A stretch of 38,251 nt of DNA. Origin: Candidatus Amesbacteria bacterium RIFOXYB1_FULL_44_23 (GTDB taxonomy: Bacteria > Patescibacteriota > Microgenomatia > CAZETR01 > Amesbacteraceae). This document shows, in pieces, positions 1-8,617 of this stretch (position 1 is the stretch's first letter; each line of letters opens with the position of its first letter). The translations under genes and the position numbers were made by a program. The notes under the pieces are model-generated. The model was not told where the DNA came from. It saw only the letters and a program-made list of their open reading frames with translations, and did no database searches. Where the stretch lies: positions 1 to 38,251 of the forward strand of contig MEXR01000048.1 in assembly GCA_001773775.1 (NCBI GenBank), given 5' to 3'.

Positions 1-249
1 TTGAAGGTAAAAGAGATTAAAGTGTTAGGATTCCAGGAACATCTGTTTCATCGGATGAGTCAGTGTTTGTTTATTTTAGAAGTATAGGTGGTGGATAAAC
101 ACAATTTTTTACGCCAGAAGTTTTTCCTGTGACACGTAATAAATTTAGTCTTGGATGTCTAAACTTGAGCCGTGATTAAACTGTTAAAAAAATACAGGTG
201 TTGTAAGAAAATCAAAAAAGATTCGTCAATCTGTAGAAAACACTAAGGT

Positions 250-513
250 TTATTGCTTACTCAAACATGCATGTGACCCACTCGGGACGTTGACCCCCGC
301 ATTCCTTAAGGCCTGAAGAATGCAAGTTCCGCGTAATTCGCCATTATGTTCAAATCCATCGCAGGAGAGGCGAACTGCAAATCCACCATCAGGGGTATCT
401 CTTCTGACCACCATAGCTCTTGTTAAAATTGCCAGCATTTCCATGAGCTCCTCTTTCCGATTAGCCTGATCAGGGCCAAATTTCATCACCACGACTTCAT
501 TACATGAACTCAT
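250..513 (-). CDS. hypothetical protein (87 aa)
   Basis: ORF with TAGAAT -10 box 6 nt before the ATG; no recognisable motif. Confidence 0.5.
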   Translation of the reverse strand: MSSCNEVVVMKFGPDQANRKEELMEMLAILTRAMVVRRDTPDGGFAVRLSCDGFEHNGELRGTCILQALRNAGVNVPSGSHACLSKQ

Positions 514-583
514 GGCCGCATTCTACTCTCCCAAAAAAATGAAGTCAAATTGTTATAGGCTTCCGAGTTCAATGTCAATTACT

Positions 584-1264
584 TCAGGATAAATTCGGTC
601 TCATGGCCATAACTTCAAAGCCGCCACCACTTGCCGTATCTCTTAAATTAAGGTTCAAATCTTCTCTTAATTTTCGTTGTATTCTTGTACTGGTTGCTGC
701 AAAAAAAGCCAACTCATCCAGATTCACTGTTGCCGATGGACTTTCATAAATTCCGAAAGGTCCCAGTCCCCCAGCAATAGTAACCACATGATCGCTGCGG
801 CAATCAGTTACAGTCACATAATGTCCAAACAACTTATCTCCAAACATTGGATACGCACACGCCATCTGCACCAAGCAAATAGCTCCAGCTTCCAATGATG
901 ATGGAAAGCTCAAAAAGGATACCAATTGACCCGCTGTTGTAAATTCATAATCTTCTACAATCAAACTCTCTCTCACCTTACCGGCAAAAGCTGTCGACGG
1001 ATCGATGTCTTGATTAGGGTCAGTCTTTTTGCAAGCAAAGTCCTGTGATATCTTATAATGATTGGTCCATGAAAACTGAAATGGTAGGCAAGTTCTCCCG
1101 GTTTTGTTCAAAAGGCCGAAAATAACCGCGGCCGGATAACAAAGAAAAAAAGCTTCCCCATCTGTATATCTTTGTAAAACCTCAAACTGCCTCCATTCAT
1201 CACTTGAAACATCTTCGGATACTACCGGCGTCAGTGACGGCATCAATCGAGTGTTAAATCTCAC
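584..1264 (-). CDS. hypothetical protein (226 aa), 5' end uncertain
   Basis: Long ORF; minus-strand TATAAT lies further upstream (~1380-1385), so the N-terminus may be disrupted. Confidence 0.5.
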   Translation of the reverse strand: MRFNTRLMPSLTPVVSEDVSSDEWRQFEVLQRYTDGEAFFLCYPAAVIFGLLNKTGRTCLPFQFSWTNHYKISQDFACKKTDPNQDIDPSTAFAGKVRESLIVEDYEFTTAGQLVSFLSFPSSLEAGAICLVQMACAYPMFGDKLFGHYVTVTDCRSDHVVTIAGGLGPFGIYESPSATVNLDELAFFAATSTRIQRKLREDLNLNLRDTASGGGFEVMAMRPNLS

Positions 1265-1441
1265 GCAATACTGCCCATCGCCCTGTCTTTGTTCGATACG
1301 CGGAATCTAACTAACTTCTTTGGTAATGAATCGGCAATTTTTGAGGAATATCTCTCTGTATCTAGCACAATAGGCAGGTATTATAGAATGGTGCGCTTCT
1401 TTGTCCAATTCAGTCTGGTCGTGGGATAGTTGGCTACAAAA

Positions 1442-1759
1442 CTAATCTCTGCTTTCAGACGGGCAATGCACTTCATATACACTAAACCACAACTGACCTC
1501 TTGTTAAAGGTGAGTATCTAGTTCTAAATACTCTTAATCCGAGCAAACTGTTGAGAATGATCATTAATACAGCAAAACCAATAAGTAGTAAACTTGTGAA
1601 CATCAGACTTTTCTTTTTAGACTTGTCCCTAACTAGAAGGTAGTTACATAGAATTAAAACTGAGACAGAAATTAAAATTACCGGTAGGTTAGTAAGTAAT
1701 GTCCCTTGCAAATCAAATCTTCCCAAAACACACCCCAGACTTTGGAAGTATGGATCCAT
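1442..1759 (-). CDS. small membrane protein (2 TM)
   Basis: Two hydrophobic stretches; TATATT -10 6 nt before ATG 1759. Confidence 0.55.
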   Translation of the reverse strand: MDPYFQSLGCVLGRFDLQGTLLTNLPVILISVSVLILCNYLLVRDKSKKKSLMFTSLLLIGFAVLMIILNSLLGLRVFRTRYSPLTRGQLWFSVYEVHCPSESRD

Positions 1760-1785
1760 GATCAAAATATACTCTTTTTTTACCA

Positions 1786-1812
1786 GTGAGTCATCCGATC
1801 CCAGGTTAGAAC
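1786..1812 (+). repeat. att-like cassette boundary 1 (degraded family-1 tail follows)
   Basis: GTGA-17nt-TAGAAC; GAGCTTGGT (ELG) at 1889-1897 matches the tail at 7110. Confidence 0.45.
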
Positions 1813-1958
1813 AATTTAATCTCCATTTTAAGATCTCCCAAGAAAATCTTTATTGCTGAGGATATCGCCTATTTATTTTGAGATCCAGGAGCTTGGTATC
1901 CAAAGACTATGGGAAAGTTGACGTTTGGATATTATTGGAGTTGAACAATGTGCAAAAA

Positions 1959-2360
1959 TTACTTCGTGCTTTTACCATTTAATGTCAGAAGAGCAAAATA
2001 AACGGAATTTAAGATCATAATCAGAATCACAAAGCTTAATGTGTTTACAAACGCTCTCGTGGGAAGTTCTTGCATGGTCAATAGTCTTCTTCCGTCACAA
2101 AAATAATCCAATATTGTTTCACCTGTCATAGAAGAGTAAGGGCAAGAACTTTTTGATGCAAGTAAGGCAAGATTAGCTACGAACAAAACACTTGAACCAA
2201 TAACGCCCATGATAAGGCTACCTTTTAGGCCAACGAGATAAAATGCGACTTTTTGTTTTGCGTTTAGCTCCCTTAATAGTTTACTTTTTTGGGAAAAGGA
2301 TAAACGTGTATTAAAAAATTCTAAATTATTAAATAGTTCTCTGTAGACAACTTTTGCCAT
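1959..2360 (-). CDS. membrane protein (2 TM), probable start MAKVV
   Basis: Hydrophobic segments; the longer 2414 start runs into the repeat at 2398. Confidence 0.55.
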   Translation of the reverse strand: MAKVVYRELFNNLEFFNTRLSFSQKSKLLRELNAKQKVAFYLVGLKGSLIMGVIGSSVLFVANLALLASKSSCPYSSMTGETILDYFCDGRRLLTMQELPTRAFVNTLSFVILIMILNSVYFALLTLNGKSTK

Positions 2361-2397
2361 GTTCAGTATTGATTCAACAATTACTATACATTTATTT

Positions 2398-2523
2398 GTG
2401 ATCCAAATGGTCATAGTTCGGAATCATATAATTCCAGAACTCATTCAATATTATAAACTGTTTGCTTCCCAGATCTCTAACTTCGGCCTCCAGCCTCAGT
2501 ATAACTACGCTTCGGGATTAGAA
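2398..2523 (+). repeat. 126-bp direct repeat copy 1 (family-2 tail/att scar)
   Basis: Ungapped match to 6106-6231 with about 16 mismatches by manual alignment. Confidence 0.9.
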
Positions 2524-3443
2524 TCACTTAGAATCGCTTCTAATTTCGGCCAAATTTGTTTCCGCATTATTATCGAATCGGTTTTAAATCCTGATTTCAA
2601 TTTTGGGTAATTTAAGGCTTTAGAAAACGTGTTTGTGGATTCCGTATCAATTGTATGGAAAATATTGAACCCCTCTAATATGTCAATTCCGGTAAAGAAA
2701 ACGTAATCCAGATTATTTTCTTCTTTTAGTCTGCCTAGAACCATACTTAATTGGTCATTTAATTTTGTAAGAGTATTTTCTAAATCAGCAATTTCAATTT
2801 GAGCGATTCCAATCCTTTTACCACCTAAACTTTTTACGGCAAAATCCTGAGCTATTAACTGATACAGGTTATCAGCATTTATTGAAGACTTGGAAATAAA
2901 CATTTGTTTAATATAATCTTCAGGCAAAGATATTAAAGTTCTTAACCATTTAGCAGCGTCGATATCTCTTTGGGTTGTAACTGAGTTCTTGAAGTTAACG
3001 GTATTTGAAACAATTGCTGAGTAAAGATAAATAGCCGCATTGTTGGAAGGCTTGAGATTGTTTTTGATAAATTCTTCGGTAATCAGGGTAGCGCAGGAAC
3101 CTACCAGTTCGATATGATTTTTTGAATTAATAAATTTATCCAGAAACACTAATTGCCTATGGTCAAATATCTCAATTACTTTTTTTGAATCGATAGTCGG
3201 TTCAATGGCGTCCGGATCGGCAGTATCCACCAGTACAAACTTATCGTCGGTAGAATAGTTACCGGAATGTACTTCGAGTGGGAAGTAGTTAGTAAATCTC
3301 CTCACAAAATCTACTTCTAATCCCAAATTTCCAAAGCATGTTGCTTTAGCCTTTTTCCCTAAGCCGTTTAGGACTTCAGAATAGCCTATTGCACATGCAA
3401 TACCGTCAAGATCGGGGCCATTGTATGAAGTAACAATTATCAT
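2505..3443 (-). CDS. ppaC: DHH/DHHA2 family II manganese-dependent inorganic pyrophosphatase
   Basis: PDLDG, LVD, IFDHR (DHH variant), VGSCATLI, TTQRD, IAQIE and MRKQI motifs. Confidence 0.8.
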   Translation of the reverse strand: MIIVTSYNGPDLDGIACAIGYSEVLNGLGKKAKATCFGNLGLEVDFVRRFTNYFPLEVHSGNYSTDDKFVLVDTADPDAIEPTIDSKKVIEIFDHRQLVFLDKFINSKNHIELVGSCATLITEEFIKNNLKPSNNAAIYLYSAIVSNTVNFKNSVTTQRDIDAAKWLRTLISLPEDYIKQMFISKSSINADNLYQLIAQDFAVKSLGGKRIGIAQIEIADLENTLTKLNDQLSMVLGRLKEENNLDYVFFTGIDILEGFNIFHTIDTESTNTFSKALNYPKLKSGFKTDSIIMRKQIWPKLEAILSDSNPEA

Positions 3444-3678
3444 TATTTTCGCATTGTGGCGTTAAACACGTCCGGGTTGATTAACAGATCGAGAGCATTA
3501 TTGATCGAGGGGACAAGGATATCAATATGAGGAATTATTCCGGCGTGAATACCTTTAATTTATTTAGTCTCTCCTTAACTCCCTCAACCAATTCACCGTT
3601 TACTGCTAAGGTTCCATTCAAATCAAGAATTATATTAGTTAGTTCAATTTCGCCAACCCCGGTAGGTTTGTAAAGCAT
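3443..3678 (-). pseudogene. internally deleted HAD-family (soluble P-type ATPase-like) hydrolase
   Basis: MLYKPTGVGEIELTNIILDLNGTLAVNG... joined out of frame near 3553 to GIHAGIIPHIDILVPSINNALDLLINPDVFNATMRK*; TAATG overlap with ppaC start. Confidence 0.75.
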
Positions 3679-3712
3679 ACAACCCCTAGATTCTACTAAA
3701 AAATATCAAAAC

Positions 3713-3799
3713 AGTGAACTCACCGCTCCACATGTGGAACTCTTAATTGATGGTACACTCAAAATTTACGAGGAACTAACAATACCAGACTTAATTTAA
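3713..3799 (+). repeat. att-like boundary plus orphan tail, family 1
   Basis: GTGA-17nt-TGGAAC; startless frame SELTAPHVELLIDGTLKIYEELTIPDLI*. Confidence 0.7.
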
Positions 3800-3826
3800 C
3801 AACCGCGATAAGATCGCGGTTGTTAA
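3796..3826. terminator. perfect 14-bp hairpin, probable terminator
   Basis: TTAACAACCGCGAT-AAG-ATCGCGGTTGTTAA directly after the stop of 3828-4331. Confidence 0.7.
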
Positions 3827-3827
3827 T

Positions 3828-4331
3828 TCACGATAACTCAATTCTTGGATGAAGAGTCTTAAGGTGCCGTAACAGTTTATTTATTGTATCGGTATCCCAA
3901 ATGTTAAGGGAAAGGTCAAGATATGTACTGTCGTTATAATAAAAGCTCAGATAACGAACACTTTGGAACCCACGCCAGGTCCTCACAGGAAATCCTGCAT
4001 GCCACGGAACTTGTCTGACGTGACTGACGATCCGTTTCAGATTTGGTAAGTCAACGTTCACAACGTCCCTTTTACCTACACGCCCAAGACTATAAAATGT
4101 CAATATTCCACTATCAACAACCGCCTTTGACTGCATCCAGCCGAATATATAGATTAGTGTCAGGTACACGATCAGACTTCCAGAAACTAGGGTTGCAACT
4201 AACAAAATAGGATTGGTTGAATTATCACCGCCGATTAACTGAAAAAATCCCAGACCGACCGGAAAAATAGAAAGCCAAGCGACCATTCCGCCAAGTAATT
4301 TAATTGAAAACTTAGGCTTAAATACAACCAC
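3828..4331 (-). CDS. membrane protein (2 TM plus soluble beta-rich domain)
   Basis: Two N-terminal hydrophobic helices; CATAAT 6 nt before GTG. Confidence 0.65.
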   Translation of the reverse strand: MVVFKPKFSIKLLGGMVAWLSIFPVGLGFFQLIGGDNSTNPILLVATLVSGSLIVYLTLIYIFGWMQSKAVVDSGILTFYSLGRVGKRDVVNVDLPNLKRIVSHVRQVPWHAGFPVRTWRGFQSVRYLSFYYNDSTYLDLSLNIWDTDTINKLLRHLKTLHPRIELS

Positions 4332-4369
4332 TGCTTAATTATGAAACTCTAATGTATCTTTTCAAAAAA

Positions 4370-4476
4370 GGTGAGCTCGCAGGACTACAGGTGGAGCCCT
4401 GATCTCAGCTATCCTTACAACCTATTATAAACTCCGGGAACTCGGGTTTAAAGAAGATGATGAAAAAGTATTTTAA
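4370..4476 (+). repeat. att-like boundary plus frameshifted orphan tail, family 1
   Basis: GTGA-17nt-TGGAGC; GELAGLQVEP/LISAILTTYYKLRELGFKEDDEKVF* with a 1-nt deletion. Confidence 0.7.
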
Positions 4477-4616
4477 AATAACGGAACCATATCACACATT
4501 TCTTACATGATGACTTTCTGAATTTATATACAACATGAAAAAGGATTGAGACAGCATTTGATCTGGCGGTCAAAGTGCCTGCGGTGCAGGCACAAGGGGA
4601 CTGTATAATTTAGTAA

Positions 4617-5111
4617 ATGAAAATAGTTCTGTTGGGAATCACTGGATCCGGAAAATCGACAATTGCCCAAAAGTTAGCTGATCGCTTCGGCATAGATGTT
4701 GTTGAGGCAGACGACGAGGTCATTAGGTTAAATAATGACCTTTGGCCAAAGGATGAAAAAATAATAGATAAGTATTTTCAAGTCACAAGCGACAAAGTGT
4801 TTACCATGGACAACGTCCTATATGTCATTTCCTGGTTAAGTAAAAAAAGAATCAAACAATTTGCTAGCAATGGCTTCAAAATTATCGAGCTCCACGCAGA
4901 CATCAAAGAACTCCTAAAGAGAAAAATCCAACGCGATAATCCGACCAAAAATGAAATCAGCCGCTTCAAAGAAAATTCCAATGGCTACTATGAGGTTGTA
5001 TTCGATGATGAAATTAAGCCATTGATTAGCTTAAGTCTAGATACCACCACCATAAATCCGGAAGATGTTTTCAAAAAGATTACAAAAGCTCTAAATCAAA
5101 ATGGCCACTGA
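4617..5111 (+). CDS. P-loop kinase (nucleoside monophosphate/shikimate kinase-like)
   Basis: N-terminal Walker A GITGSGKST, EADD, LDTT. Confidence 0.8.
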   Translation: MKIVLLGITGSGKSTIAQKLADRFGIDVVEADDEVIRLNNDLWPKDEKIIDKYFQVTSDKVFTMDNVLYVISWLSKKRIKQFASNGFKIIELHADIKELLKRKIQRDNPTKNEISRFKENSNGYYEVVFDDEIKPLISLSLDTTTINPEDVFKKITKALNQNGH

Positions 5112-6027
5112 GACAAAATCAGTCGAAAGTATTCTTAGAATTGTGGACTTCGTTTCCCATCTTCCAGATTTTCGCGGCTCTGTCGTTGAAATTGTCGACG
5201 GCGGTGTTTCCACTGCGGTATATCGCCTTAAGCGTGATAACGAGGTGTTCTATTTGAGATTGGGTGACATTGGCGGCAATATGTCCTGTGAAGCGCTAGC
5301 CCATAAATTAATGCTGGAAAAAGGGGTATCGGTCCCAAAGGTGATTCAATTCGAAGACGCAAACCCGTTCTTAGGCAGGTCTTTTATGATTACCTCCGAA
5401 ATTCAGGGAGTAAGAACCGATAAAGACGTACATTCCTCAACTGGGATTATTGTCGAAGCGGGTAGGCAATTAGCCTTAATTAATTCCATATCAGTCGAGA
5501 GATTCGGTTGGATTGACAGAAGCGAGATGAATGTCAAAAAGCTATCTGGTACTTTTGGGACATGGGAAGAATTTGCTCTAGACTTAAATAATATTCATTC
5601 CCAATTGAGTAGTCTGGCAAAGACAAACGCGATTACACCTGATATGGTCAAAAAAGTGATAACCTACATCGAAGCCAATAGGGGTCTTATCTCCTGTCCT
5701 CAAGCGTTTCTCTCTCACGGGGATTTTGATGTTACTCACATTTTTTCTGTTAACGGCAAGTATAGCGGCATAATTGATTTCGGAGATATTAGATGTTGCA
5801 GTCCCTATCATGATTTAGCTCATTTTTATACATATAGTCGGAAACAATTTGACAATTTACTTAAAGGCTTCCTAGAGGTATCAAAACTGGAGGATCATCT
5901 GCCGGAGAAAATCAAATTCGAGGCTTTACTGTTTGGGATTGGCAAGCTCTGGTATACGATTGAACATTTTCCGGAAAAGTTCAACTCAAATCACCCGGCC
6001 ATGAGTCTCATTACTAATATAGTGTGA
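5101..6027 (+). CDS. aminoglycoside phosphotransferase (APH)-family kinase
   Basis: VPKV, HGDF (Brenner-like), IIDFGD, DLA motifs; overlaps kinase stop. Confidence 0.85.
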   Translation: MATETKSVESILRIVDFVSHLPDFRGSVVEIVDGGVSTAVYRLKRDNEVFYLRLGDIGGNMSCEALAHKLMLEKGVSVPKVIQFEDANPFLGRSFMITSEIQGVRTDKDVHSSTGIIVEAGRQLALINSISVERFGWIDRSEMNVKKLSGTFGTWEEFALDLNNIHSQLSSLAKTNAITPDMVKKVITYIEANRGLISCPQAFLSHGDFDVTHIFSVNGKYSGIIDFGDIRCCSPYHDLAHFYTYSRKQFDNLLKGFLEVSKLEDHLPEKIKFEALLFGIGKLWYTIEHFPEKFNSNHPAMSLITNIV

Positions 6028-6050
6028 GTTAAAAAAGCCCTTCGCATCGC

Positions 6051-6070
6051 TCCGTGCGTAGGCGCACGGA
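6051..6070. terminator. GC-rich hairpin after APH gene
   Basis: TCCGTGCG-TAGG-CGCACGGA; no U-tract. Confidence 0.4.
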
Positions 6071-6105
6071 CGATATCCCAGAAATCTGAGCGAAACTTCT
6101 TTGAA

Positions 6106-6231
6106 GTGACCCCAAGGGTCGTAGTTCAGAACCAGATAATCCCCGAACTCATTCAATATTATAAACTGTTTGCCTCTCAGATCTCTAGCTTCGACTTCCA
6201 GCCTCAATATAACTACGCTTAGGGATTAGAA
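6106..6231 (+). repeat. 126-bp direct repeat copy 2 (family-2 tail/att scar)
   Basis: GTGA-17nt-CAGAAC; frame VTPRVVVQNQIIPELIQYYKLFASQISSFDFQPQYNYA*. Confidence 0.9.
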
Positions 6232-6255
6232 CCAAGATAATAGTATAATTAATCA

Positions 6256-7029
6256 ATGTATAAACAGCTTAAGGTCGAGGATTTTCGAAAAATACTTAAG
6301 CTTCCGGAAGATTATCGAGTAGACGGGGTTCTGATTCATGGAGCAATGCGAAAGAAAAAGCATAAACAGGAGCTTGAGGAAACTATTGCTAAACTTGGAT
6401 ATAAAGCTAACTACAGCGTGATATATGAAAGTGGATTTTATGAAAACATTACCGTAATTGAAATCGACGGTAAAAGAATTTGGTTTGATTCCTCATATGG
6501 TGGTGCCTATTTATGTGAGGTATTACATATAGCTAGTCAATTAGGATCGAAGAAAAATATTTTGGTGGGATCATGTGGTGGATTAGCACCTTTGGGGCTG
6601 GCAGGTGATATTATTATTCCTTCTTCCAGTTATGGTAACGAAAGCACTACTAGAATGTATCAACCAGATAATGAGGAATTTACGTATTTTCCGGATACAC
6701 AATTAAACGAGAATATAAAAGCAAAGGTCAATCCGAAGTTTAAAATAATTGAAGGTAAACTATTGACTTGTCAGGGAGCTTTGCAGGAATCGTGGGAAGA
6801 TATTGAAAGGTGGTCCAATGAAGGCTACGTAGGCGTAGAAATGGAAAGCTCCACCATGTTTGCCGTATCTAGTTTTTTTAATATCCCCAGCACTGCCATT
6901 TTATTTATTGCAGATAATCTGATTAAAAAAGAAACGCTTTTCGGAGAGAATTTTGAACAATTAATGGAAAAATTTAAAGAATCAAAATTCGAAACCTTTA
7001 AAGTTGCTTTTGAAGAATTGCTCACCTAG
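6256..7029 (+). CDS. nucleoside phosphorylase (PNP/UDP family)
   Basis: VGSCGGL, GDIIIP, GVEMESS motifs. Confidence 0.85.
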   Translation: MYKQLKVEDFRKILKLPEDYRVDGVLIHGAMRKKKHKQELEETIAKLGYKANYSVIYESGFYENITVIEIDGKRIWFDSSYGGAYLCEVLHIASQLGSKKNILVGSCGGLAPLGLAGDIIIPSSSYGNESTTRMYQPDNEEFTYFPDTQLNENIKAKVNPKFKIIEGKLLTCQGALQESWEDIERWSNEGYVGVEMESSTMFAVSSFFNIPSTAILFIADNLIKKETLFGENFEQLMEKFKESKFETFKVAFEELLT

Positions 7030-7108
7030 CCTGACTATAAGTGAGTGGCACAAATAAGGGTATATAAGATCCTATCGATTGTGTTTCCTTTTAGGAAAAT
7101 ACCGAATT

Positions 7109-7246
7109 TGTGAGCTCACTGTACCACAGGTGGAACACCTACTCGAGAGCATTTTCAAAACCTACGAACGATTGAAAGAGCTTGGTTTTACCTACTATAA
7201 CGGCAAAATTGTAGTAATTGACGTTGAGGAGGTGGCTCATGAATAG
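7109..7246 (+). repeat. att-like boundary plus intact orphan tail, family 1
   Basis: GTGA-17nt-TGGAAC; startless frame CELTVPQVEHLLESIFKTYERLKELGFTYYNGKIVVIDVEEVAHE*. Confidence 0.75.
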
Positions 7247-8384
7247 TGATAATTCCTCACTTCAAATAGAAAAACGATGTGAATATGGTTATCATCCTAG
7301 AGGTAATACAATAAATAATATGTTAAAGGAATTAGCCAGTTATTCAGAATCAATTAAAGGTGCAATATTTCCAAGTAATGAACTAAGGTTTGTAAACTGG
7401 TATCTTCAGCATGGATGTGACTTAGATTGTTCCTATTGTAAAGTCCCGAAGCAAAAAATTGGGATTATGTCTCAAGGGGATCGAGATAGCGTTTTATTAA
7501 AAATTCGAAGTTTAAGTTCAAAACAGCCAATTATCAGTCTTTTGGGTGGAGAACTTACACTTCGACCAGATTTTTTAGTTGAAGCAGTTACTGATGCTGC
7601 AAACGTTGGATTTCTTGTTAATGTTGTCAGCAATGGTTGGGGATTAACACCTGATTTAATAAAAAAATTGAGTGCAGCTGGATTGCATTACCTAGGAATA
7701 TCCGTTGATAGTGATGAAAATTCTCTCAAACAAAATTTAGAAAAAGCATTATCACTTCATCGAACCACTCGAGAGATAGGTATTTTACCAGTAATAAATA
7801 CTGTTATCACAAAAGAAACAGATCCGGATACATTTATAAATTTTGCCACTAGGGTGATTAATACTGGTTGTTTTATTAGCCCACTGGCATGTTCCCCCGA
7901 AGTCCCTGGGGGTGTATTTTCCAGTGCATCAATCGACTCTGTGCCTACTCAAGAACAATTAAAAGAAATTGTCCCTTGGCTGGCAATGAAAAAACTCACA
8001 ACAGGTCTTGTTACTTCCAATCTAGGATACCTCTGGACACTTTATAATACCGGCGTATCGGGAGATAACGTTAAATTATGGCATTGCTCGCCACATTTTA
8101 GGTCAAAAAGTGAAACGAACGGAAGAGGGTCATTAACAATAGATTCAGACGGTCATATTGGTCCTTGCCAGGAATTTCCAAGAACTATTAATTTGTTAAA
8201 TTTGCCGCAAAGTCAGCTCTCACTTCAATTGTTAGATACCGCATTTGCACCAGTTACACAAAAATGTCCTGGATGTCTTTACAACTGTTACGTAATGGAA
8301 GAAGGAATTGGTGGTCCTCAACTTCTTGGAGAAATACCCACATTAATCCAAATGGCTAATATTAAGTCCAATAATCACAAATAA
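7239..8384 (+). CDS. radical SAM protein with C-terminal SPASM/twitch-like Cys cluster
   Basis: CDLDCSYC, GGE, SNG, ISVD, GPC and CPGCLYNC; start at 7239 (GGAGGTG upstream) or 7320. Confidence 0.85.
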   Translation: MNSDNSSLQIEKRCEYGYHPRGNTINNMLKELASYSESIKGAIFPSNELRFVNWYLQHGCDLDCSYCKVPKQKIGIMSQGDRDSVLLKIRSLSSKQPIISLLGGELTLRPDFLVEAVTDAANVGFLVNVVSNGWGLTPDLIKKLSAAGLHYLGISVDSDENSLKQNLEKALSLHRTTREIGILPVINTVITKETDPDTFINFATRVINTGCFISPLACSPEVPGGVFSSASIDSVPTQEQLKEIVPWLAMKKLTTGLVTSNLGYLWTLYNTGVSGDNVKLWHCSPHFRSKSETNGRGSLTIDSDGHIGPCQEFPRTINLLNLPQSQLSLQLLDTAFAPVTQKCPGCLYNCYVMEEGIGGPQLLGEIPTLIQMANIKSNNHK

Positions 8385-8470
8385 TTGCCGCCATCTGGGT
8401 ATGGAACTTTTTAGCCTTGAATTTTACGAACATAATTTATGACTAAAATATTTAGCCTTGAAAAGTTGAT

Positions 8471-8617
8471 TTGTGGGACAGCATTTCTGACATCGAACTA
8501 AAGCGTCAAGAAATCCTTCCTCTGCAATTTTACTACGACGACATAGATATTAAAATCCTCCACTACGCGACGAGTGCCAACGTATTTAAGCCTAGTTATC
8601 AAACTTTACAGGTATGA
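8471..8617 (+). other. left att junction carrying the displaced C-terminal tail of the recombinase
   Basis: Startless 49-codon frame L-WDSISDIELKRQEILPLQFYYDDIDIKILHYATSANVFKPSYQTLQV*, in the recombinase register across TTGTG. Confidence 0.7.

Larger units (their letters stand above)
1786..8470. mobile_element. tandem array of six integrase-less gene cassettes/island remnants left of the tRNA-Glu island
   Basis: GTGA-N17-YRGARY motifs at 1786, 2398, 3714, 4371, 6106, 7110, all on + strand, delimiting 1-2 cargo genes each. Confidence 0.65.

Noticed and set aside
1-150. Further tail (LKVKEIKVLGF...) and GTGA at 129
   Set aside because: Weak similarity, no GAAC at the expected spacing, and truncated by the window edge
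2359-2610. 83-aa + strand ORF
   Set aside because: Overlaps two minus-strand genes; explained by the family-2 tail whose stop reads TCG here versus TAG in the other copy
5101-6027. Antibiotic resistance gene
   Set aside because: APH-fold motifs alone do not define the substrate
7239-8384. Prokaryotic viperin (VNWY before CxxxCxxC, kinase nearby)
   Set aside because: C-terminal SPASM/twitch-like cysteines are not viperin-like, and the kinase is in a different cassette
1786-8498. CRISPR array or classical integron attC sites
   Set aside because: Spacing is gene-sized and irregular; no cas or IntI gene and no RYYYAAC/GTTRRRY palindromes at the boundaries
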